This document shows positions 58,526-64,000 of a stretch of 64,000 nucleotides of DNA, piece by piece. A model generated the notes under the pieces. That model was given only the letters and a program-made list of their open reading frames with translations. It searched no databases and was not told the origin of the DNA. The stretch comes from an uncultured Anaerolineales bacterium. Its GTDB lineage: Bacteria; Chloroflexota; Anaerolineae; B4-G1. The DNA lies in NCBI GenBank assembly GCA_964575455.1, contig CAZNRX010000002.1:35539-99538 (forward strand). The letters run 5' to 3'. How positions within the stretch are numbered: position 1 is the first letter of the stretch; the number at the start of each line of letters is the position of its first letter. The position numbers were made by a program, and so were the translations under genes.

Positions 58526-58849
58526 ATGGTTGAGATGGAGGATCGATACGTCGACAAGGCAAGGGAGCTGGTGCTTGAGAGGTTCCCGGAGATGGTTGGT
58601 GCCGAAACGTCTGTGAACACGAAGGGCGCAAGGAGCACGAAACGCGCGAAGGGGGCGCCTGGTCACCCTGGCTCTGCCCAGCGAGGTGGTTCGAGGCAGG
58701 CCGACCTCGCGGGCTCAGGGCCCTGCGGGCGGTATGTGATCACTTTTGAAAAGGACGTCTGCCTGCCCGGAGGCCACAGCCTGAAGCGATTGGTGCGCGT
58801 CACGATGGATAGGTCTGGAGAGGTGGTCAGAATCACGTCTTCGAAGTAG
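58526..58849 (+). CDS. Small hypothetical protein resembling the C-terminal domain of the upstream C25 peptidase
   Basis: ITFEKDV...LVRVTMDRSGEVVRITSSK vs LTLQKDI...VVKVVVDKSGHILKMAVSK. Confidence 0.7.
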   Translation: MVEMEDRYVDKARELVLERFPEMVGAETSVNTKGARSTKRAKGAPGHPGSAQRGGSRQADLAGSGPCGRYVITFEKDVCLPGGHSLKRLVRVTMDRSGEVVRITSSK

Positions 58850-58854
58850 CGTCG

Positions 58855-59631
58855 TCAGCCTTCGAAGCGGTATCCCATGCCGTGCTCCGTCAGGATGTAA
58901 CGGGGGTTGCTTGGATCAGGTTCAATCTTCTGCCGCAGCCGCCAGATGTAAAGGCGCACGTACCCCTTCTCGTCGGTGTACTCGAAGCCCCAGACGTTTT
59001 CGAGGATCTGTTCGAAGCTCAGCAGTCGACCGCAATTCTGGATAAGGTAGAAGAGCAACTTCTGTTCTGTGGGCGTCAGGTCGACGATCTCGTCGTTGCG
59101 TCGTACCTCTGCCCGCTCGGTGTCGACCACGAGGTGATCGTCCGAGTAGGCCACCTTCTCCTCCTGGCCCGGCTGCGAGGATCGTGAGCGCCGCAGGACG
59201 GCCTCGATGCGGGCCTCAAGCTCTCGCATGCTGAAGGGCTTGGAGACGTAGTCGTCGGCGCCCAGCTTGAGCCCCTTGACCCGCTCGGTCTCCGCTCCGC
59301 GGGCTGTGAGCATGATGACGGGCAGGTCGGTCATCTCTCGGATGCGTCTCAACACCTCCCATCCGTCGATGCCGGGCATCATGACGTCGAGGCAGACCAG
59401 GTCAGGATGGGTTTCGTAGAGCTTGCGCAGGCCCTCGCTTCCCTTTTGAGCTTTGATGACGTGATAGCCGTGCCGGCCGAAGTAGAGCTCCAGGGCACGG
59501 AGAAGTCCTTCGTCATCGTCGACGATGAGCAGTTTCCGCTTAGTGTCGTCGCCCAAAGCTGCGCTCCCGTTCCTTTTGAGTTGAGTGGTCGAGTGGTCGG
59601 TCCAACGTGACCCTTCTGAGGCATGGTACAC
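58855..59631 (-). CDS. OmpR/PhoB family response regulator
   Basis: LLIVDDD, CLDVMMP, MLTARG, VSKPFS, LTPTE, YIWRLRQKIE...TEHGMGYRF; start may be further downstream. Confidence 0.92.
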   Translation of the reverse strand: MYHASEGSRWTDHSTTQLKRNGSAALGDDTKRKLLIVDDDEGLLRALELYFGRHGYHVIKAQKGSEGLRKLYETHPDLVCLDVMMPGIDGWEVLRRIREMTDLPVIMLTARGAETERVKGLKLGADDYVSKPFSMRELEARIEAVLRRSRSSQPGQEEKVAYSDDHLVVDTERAEVRRNDEIVDLTPTEQKLLFYLIQNCGRLLSFEQILENVWGFEYTDEKGYVRLYIWRLRQKIEPDPSNPRYILTEHGMGYRFEG

Positions 59632-59838
59632 TCACTTTGCATATTTAGCAAGGAGTTGCTCATCCTTTCCCCTCGTTTGGACTTGCGCTTTTTCAGATAC
59701 GGGAGTAGACTAGGGCTTGTTCAGAGTTCTCCGCGGCCCTCGGCAGCGCCCTCAACAGGCTACGGGCAGGCTCGGGGGATACGCGGGATCTCTGCTTGCT
59801 GGCGGCGCATCGTCGGGCAGCCGTGAGTGTTGTAGTTC

Positions 59839-60498
59839 GTGAAGTCGGATGAGGAGCAGTGGAACAAGCGCTATCCCATGAACCAGGGCACGATGATCGT
59901 TGTCGGTGTGTCGTTGCTTCTCGTCGTGTGGTACGTCGCCGGTCACATCCACAATCGTCGGCGCGGCCTCCGCCACCGCCGCTGGTTGGAGGCTGGCCTT
60001 GAGGCGCTGGACGGTGAGAGAGAGGCTGGCTGGATCGGCTCGCCGGCCTCGGGTGTGCGGGTCAACATCAGGCGTGCGAAGGACCCCTTTCGGCGTCTGG
60101 AGATCACTCTGCTGCTGGAGAACCGCGAGATCCCCCTTCTATGGCTGTTGGATCGTTTGCGCGGAAGGCGGGACAGGATTATAATGCGTGGTACACTTCG
60201 CTCACCTAGACGTGGGGAGGTCGAGGTGGCCTCCAACTGGCGGAAGGATCGGCAGGCGGATTCATGGACGTGGCAAGAGGGACCGCATGGGCTCCACGTT
60301 GGACATCGGGGCCACCACGGTCAGCGAATGGCGACCACTTTGGAGCCCTGGCTCGACACCTACGGGTCTCACCTGGATCGCTTCTGTTGGCGCAAGCAAG
60401 ATCCTCACATCAACCTTCAATTGAGCATCGCTGGATTACTCGAGACGAAAGCCGAGACATTTCTTATTGACCTGAGCGCTGCATTGCGGGCGAGTTGA
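59839..60498 (+). CDS. Hypothetical protein with N-terminal membrane anchor
   Basis: 219-aa ORF with one hydrophobic helix; no family recognised. Confidence 0.55.
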   Translation: MKSDEEQWNKRYPMNQGTMIVVGVSLLLVVWYVAGHIHNRRRGLRHRRWLEAGLEALDGEREAGWIGSPASGVRVNIRRAKDPFRRLEITLLLENREIPLLWLLDRLRGRRDRIIMRGTLRSPRRGEVEVASNWRKDRQADSWTWQEGPHGLHVGHRGHHGQRMATTLEPWLDTYGSHLDRFCWRKQDPHINLQLSIAGLLETKAETFLIDLSAALRAS

Positions 60499-60660
60499 CA
60501 AGCGCGACGTTTCTGGACCCTATCCAGGATAGAGTACCCCCTTGGGGGCTTATCATCGGGGGCAGAAGGAGGTGGTGAAAGAAGGCGATAGGTACCCCCA
60601 GCATCAGGTGTGAATCGTGTCAGTGACTCTCGGTCTAATGCAAAAAGGAGGCAATAGAGC

Positions 60661-62379
60661 ATGAATGCGATCGTCGTTCTGATTATCGCGGCCATTGGTC
60701 TCGGTGTGGGCTACTTCCTCTACGCTCGAAGCATCAACCGGAACATCATCCAGCCCGACGACAGCAGGGCCACGCCAGCGAAAATGTACATGGACGGTGT
60801 CGACTTCACACCGGCCAGTCGTAACGTCCTATTTGGTTATCAGTTCAAGTCGATTGCGGCGCTGGGTCCCATTGGGGGGCCCATCGTAGCGGCGCAGTAC
60901 GGTTGGCTCCCCGGGCTCTTGTGGATCATCCTGGGCACGTTCTTCATCGGTTGGGTTCAGGACTACGCCAGCATCGTGGTCCCCATGCGCGAGGAGGGCG
61001 ATACCTTCGGCGCCCTGAGCTATAAGCTCATCTCGCCGCGGGCCCGGAATATCCTCCTGATCTTCATCTACCTCTATCTGCTCCTCATCATGGGCGCCTT
61101 CGGCCAGGTGATCGGCGTCAACTTCATGTCGAACCCCAAGGTGCCCTTTGGGCTCCTCTCCATTCTGCTGATGGGGATCCTGGCGGGGCAGATGACGTAC
61201 AAGTGGAAACAGGACATCATCCTCACCACGGTGATCACCGTGATTGTCGCGCTGGGCGGCATCGTGTTGGGGCAGACACCCTTTGTGAGCGGCATCTTCG
61301 AAGGGATGAATAGTGCCCTGGCTAACTTCAGCTTCCTGGGCAACACAGGGATCCAATGGGTCTGGCCCATCATCTTCGCCATCATCTGCTACCTGGGCGC
61401 CGTGCTTCCCATCTGGCGCTGGGCGCAGCCCACCAACTACGTCTCCTTCTGGATCGTCGCACTGGGCATGGCCGCCGGCGTCTTGGGCATGATCGTCTGG
61501 ACCTTCCAGGGCGGCGCCACCTTCGGCGACTTCCCGGCCTTCACCAGCTTCACTGTCGCCGGGCTAGGCCCCCTGTGGCCGATCCTGTTCGTCACCATCG
61601 CCTGTGGTGCCATCTCAGGTTGGCACAGCCTGGTATCCAGCTCCGGTACGGCCCGGCAGATCGAGAAGGAGAGCGACGCGCTCCCCGTCGGCGGCGGAGC
61701 TATGTGGATGGAGATGATCGTGGCCGTCATCGCCCTGCTGACGGCGACCGCGGCCACAGGAGGTTGGGAGGCCTACCAGGAAGCCTATACCGGTGGTAAG
61801 TTCGGCGTTTTCGCGGTGGGTCTCGCCGAGTTCATGAACCGCGTCGGGATTCCGCTGGGCTTCGGCAACGCCTACGGCATGGTCTTCCTGACCATCATGG
61901 GCTTGACCATCTGCTACCTGGTGGTGCGCTTCATGCGCGTGGCCAGCGCGGAGTTCCTGGGCGGCGCGATTCCGATCCTGAAGAACATTCATATTGGCGC
62001 CATCGTGGCCCTGCTGCTGTCGCTCCTGGTCATCTGGACAGGCGTCTGGCAGACAATCTGGGTGCTCTTCGGTGGAGCGAATCAGATGATGGCGTCCCTG
62101 GCGCTGATGATCATCACCATCTGGCTGACGTCCAAGGGCAGGATAGCGACTTGGACCTTCTGGCCTGGCGTGTTCATGTACGTCACAACCATCGCCGCTT
62201 TGGCCTATACGGGTTACAACGCTTTGGCACAGGCGTTCACCGGTGCCAGCGTGACAGGCAACCTCATCGCCGGCGTCATCGCTGCGATCCTGATCGTCTG
62301 CGCGCTGATCCTCGGCTACGACGGCGTGCAGGCGCTCAACCGGGAGCGCAGAGCGGCCCCCGCTACGGCTTCGAAGTAG
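60661..62379 (+). CDS. cstA: Carbon starvation CstA family (peptide/pyruvate) transporter
   Basis: TPA..YMDGVDF, LFGYQFKSIAALGPIGGP, ITIACGAISGWHSL-type motif, FGGANQMMA. Confidence 0.88.
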   Translation: MNAIVVLIIAAIGLGVGYFLYARSINRNIIQPDDSRATPAKMYMDGVDFTPASRNVLFGYQFKSIAALGPIGGPIVAAQYGWLPGLLWIILGTFFIGWVQDYASIVVPMREEGDTFGALSYKLISPRARNILLIFIYLYLLLIMGAFGQVIGVNFMSNPKVPFGLLSILLMGILAGQMTYKWKQDIILTTVITVIVALGGIVLGQTPFVSGIFEGMNSALANFSFLGNTGIQWVWPIIFAIICYLGAVLPIWRWAQPTNYVSFWIVALGMAAGVLGMIVWTFQGGATFGDFPAFTSFTVAGLGPLWPILFVTIACGAISGWHSLVSSSGTARQIEKESDALPVGGGAMWMEMIVAVIALLTATAATGGWEAYQEAYTGGKFGVFAVGLAEFMNRVGIPLGFGNAYGMVFLTIMGLTICYLVVRFMRVASAEFLGGAIPILKNIHIGAIVALLLSLLVIWTGVWQTIWVLFGGANQMMASLALMIITIWLTSKGRIATWTFWPGVFMYVTTIAALAYTGYNALAQAFTGASVTGNLIAGVIAAILIVCALILGYDGVQALNRERRAAPATASK

Positions 62380-62391
62380 TCGTCTACGCCT

Positions 62392-62430
62392 TGTCGATGG
62401 GAGGGATCGCCCCCGAGCCTCCCATCGACA
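62392..62430 (+). repeat. Perfect 13-bp inverted repeat after cstA
   Basis: TGTCGATGGGAGG-13 nt-CCTCCCATCGACA, no U-tract. Confidence 0.8.
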
Positions 62431-62450
62431 GGCAGGACGGGATGTGCGGT

Positions 62451-62750
62451 ATGGAGACACCTAGCTGGAGGGAGATCGAGGCCAAGCTGGGTGACGTCGC
62501 CAAGGCGGCACGCGAGATCCTATACGGGATGAGCGTGTATGAGTGGGTGCGAGGAGCCCGTAAGTCTCGAGGCGAACTGGAGCGCGTCTTCATCCTGATT
62601 GTGTTCGGCGATCTGCTGGGCGTTCCCATTCTACCCCCCTACTACACACTGCGGCTGCTGCCCTACGTCGTTCCGCGCCTCGAGACCTGGCGGCGCAGCA
62701 TGCTCAGGGAGCGGGACCTGACGGATCTTTTCGACGAGGATATCGGTTAA
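62451..62750 (+). CDS. Small CstA/ArsA-cluster helical protein (paralog 1)
   Basis: ...ELERVFILIVFGDLLGVPILPPYYTLRLLPYVVP...RERDLTD. Confidence 0.75.
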   Translation: METPSWREIEAKLGDVAKAAREILYGMSVYEWVRGARKSRGELERVFILIVFGDLLGVPILPPYYTLRLLPYVVPRLETWRRSMLRERDLTDLFDEDIG

Positions 62751-62778
62751 CGTGAATAGGCGATTAAGGAGAATCGAT

Positions 62779-63057
62779 ATGACCGAGGAAGAGAGAAGGA
62801 GTATTCTGAAGCGGTTAGGCGGCTCCGTCAAGGAGTTCCTGTACGGCATGGCCGGCCACGACATGACGCGGTTTGCGCTCAAGACGCGTGGGAGTATGGA
62901 GCACTTGTTCATCTTGATTACGATGGGTGATCTGCTTGGCGTGCCTATTCTCCCCCCCTACTATTCCCTGCGTCTACTTCCGTACGTCGTGCCCCAGATC
63001 AGCACCTGGAAGCGGCGCATGCTGCGCGAGCGGGATCTGACGGACGCACTTGCGTGA
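62779..63057 (+). CDS. Small CstA/ArsA-cluster helical protein (paralog 2)
   Basis: ...MEHLFILITMGDLLGVPILPPYYSLRLLPYVVP...RERDLTD; AAGGAG SD. Confidence 0.75.
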   Translation: MTEEERRSILKRLGGSVKEFLYGMAGHDMTRFALKTRGSMEHLFILITMGDLLGVPILPPYYSLRLLPYVVPQISTWKRRMLRERDLTDALA

Positions 63058-63069
63058 AAGGAGCAACCA

Positions 63070-64000
63070 TTGTCACTTGCAAAGATCTTCAAGGAAAACC
63101 CCGAGCGTCGCTACGTCATGTACGGCGGCAAGGGGGGTCTGGGTAAGACCACGTTCTCCGCTGCGACCGCCTACTGGTTGGCCAAGCAGGGGCATAAGGT
63201 CCTGGTCTTCTCCGTGGATCCGCAGGCATCGCTCACGGACATCTTCGAGCAGGACATCTTCGGCAAGGGGCCGGTGGAGATCGTACCCAACCTCTACGCA
63301 CAGGAGATCGACGCCGACCAGCACATCCAGGAGTATCAAGAGGAGATCCGGCAGAAGATTCGGGACATGTACGGCTTCGAGGAGGTGCCGGAGGAGGTCG
63401 AGAGTTACATCCAGGCCGCCGCGGCCGAGCCGGCGATGGAGGAGAGCGCCATCTTCGACAAGGTGGTGGACATCATCGTTGGCGGCGAGTACGACTACTA
63501 CATCTACGACCTGGTCCCGCTGGGACATGCGCTCTACTATCTGAGCATGGCCAGCGTCTACGACGAGTGGATCGAGAAGATCACCACGCTCCGAGAGGAG
63601 ATGCAAGAGTACTCGCAGGTCGCCGCCATCCTCGAGCGGGAGGAGGAGACCGAAGAGGATCAGATCCTTGCCGAGCTGCAGGACATTCGATACCGGATCA
63701 ACACCTCTTCCAGCATCCTCACCGATAATCAGAAGACAGCTTTCTTCTTCGTCATCATCCCTGAGGAGATGGCCCTGGTCGACACGCAGAAGGCCGCCAC
63801 GAAGTTCGCTGAGTTCGACGTCCCGCTGATCGGCTACATCGTCAACCGGGTGCTCCCGCCGGAGCTGGCGGATGAGGACATCCCCGTGTACTTGGAGAAC
63901 CGGATTGCGATGCAGAGAGAGTACCTGGCGAAGATCGACAATCTCTTTGGCGCCGAGGTCTTGGCCAGAGTCCCGGAGTTCGAGCGAGACATCACTGGAC
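63070..64000 (+). CDS. ArsA/GET3 (TRC40) family ATPase, partial
   Basis: Manual translation from TTG after AAGGAG: GGKGGLGKTT, SVDPQASL, DLVPLGH, PEEMAL, IVNRVLP; runs off the window. Confidence 0.88.
   Translation, partial: MSLAKIFKENPERRYVMYGGKGGLGKTTFSAATAYWLAKQGHKVLVFSVDPQASLTDIFEQDIFGKGPVEIVPNLYAQEIDADQHIQEYQEEIRQKIRDMYGFEEVPEEVESYIQAAAAEPAMEESAIFDKVVDIIVGGEYDYYIYDLVPLGHALYYLSMASVYDEWIEKITTLREEMQEYSQVAAILEREEETEEDQILAELQDIRYRINTSSSILTDNQKTAFFFVIIPEEMALVDTQKAATKFAEFDVPLIGYIVNRVLPPELADEDIPVYLENRIAMQREYLAKIDNLFGAEVLARVPEFERDITG

Noticed and set aside
59624-59640. TGGTAC...TTTGC sigma54-like site
   Set aside because: GG-GC spacing is 12 rather than the required 10.
60530-60600. TACCCCC/GGGGG tracts resembling a CsoR/RcnR operator upstream of cstA
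   Set aside because: Incomplete symmetry and no metal-related gene downstream; too weak to call.
63070-64000. Arsenic resistance operon (arsA)
   Set aside because: No arsB, arsC, arsD, arsR or acr3, and no metal-binding cysteines in the visible ATPase.

Overview
High-GC bacterial window. The gene set (LGFP-like secreted protein, C-terminal 'VYLPLVVR' motif, V4R/DUF4388/MglA cluster, FemAB-like tandem) suggests Chloroflexota, probably Anaerolineae; this is inference. Contents in order: (1) a reverse-strand partial sulfatase-like gene and a degenerate ammonium transporter; (2) Mut7-C, nadK, Zn-finger membrane protein, recN, sbcC-like; (3) a signalling cluster: DUF4388, MglA-like GTPase, alpha/beta hydrolase, V4R, hexapeptide-repeat protein, acyl-ACP-reductase-like protein, REC-GGDEF-like protein, 4xGAF-PAS hybrid kinase, REC protein, second hydrolase; (4) two ABC-2 permeases, ugd, and reverse-strand envelope/regulatory genes, including an internally deleted NarL-type regulator and a FemAB-like gene with no canonical start codon; (5) epimerase, MPG, minCDE, rodA, glnS, gltX; (6) rpoN, a beta-helix protein and an NtrC-type activator, then a consensus sigma54 promoter heading histidine kinase, small membrane protein, 1923-aa TPR protein, cytoplasmic C25 (gingipain/caspase-fold) peptidase, mraZ, ftsZ and a small protein resembling the peptidase C-terminus; (7) an OmpR regulator, cstA, two small paralogous proteins and a Cys-free ArsA/GET3 ATPase (partial). 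Most notable: the apparent sigma54-controlled TPR/C25 protease/MraZ/FtsZ operon; several families of miniature repeats inserted in-frame in many unrelated proteins; and the GTPase/V4R/lipid-enzyme signalling cluster. No rRNA, tRNA, CRISPR array, transposase or integrase was recognised.
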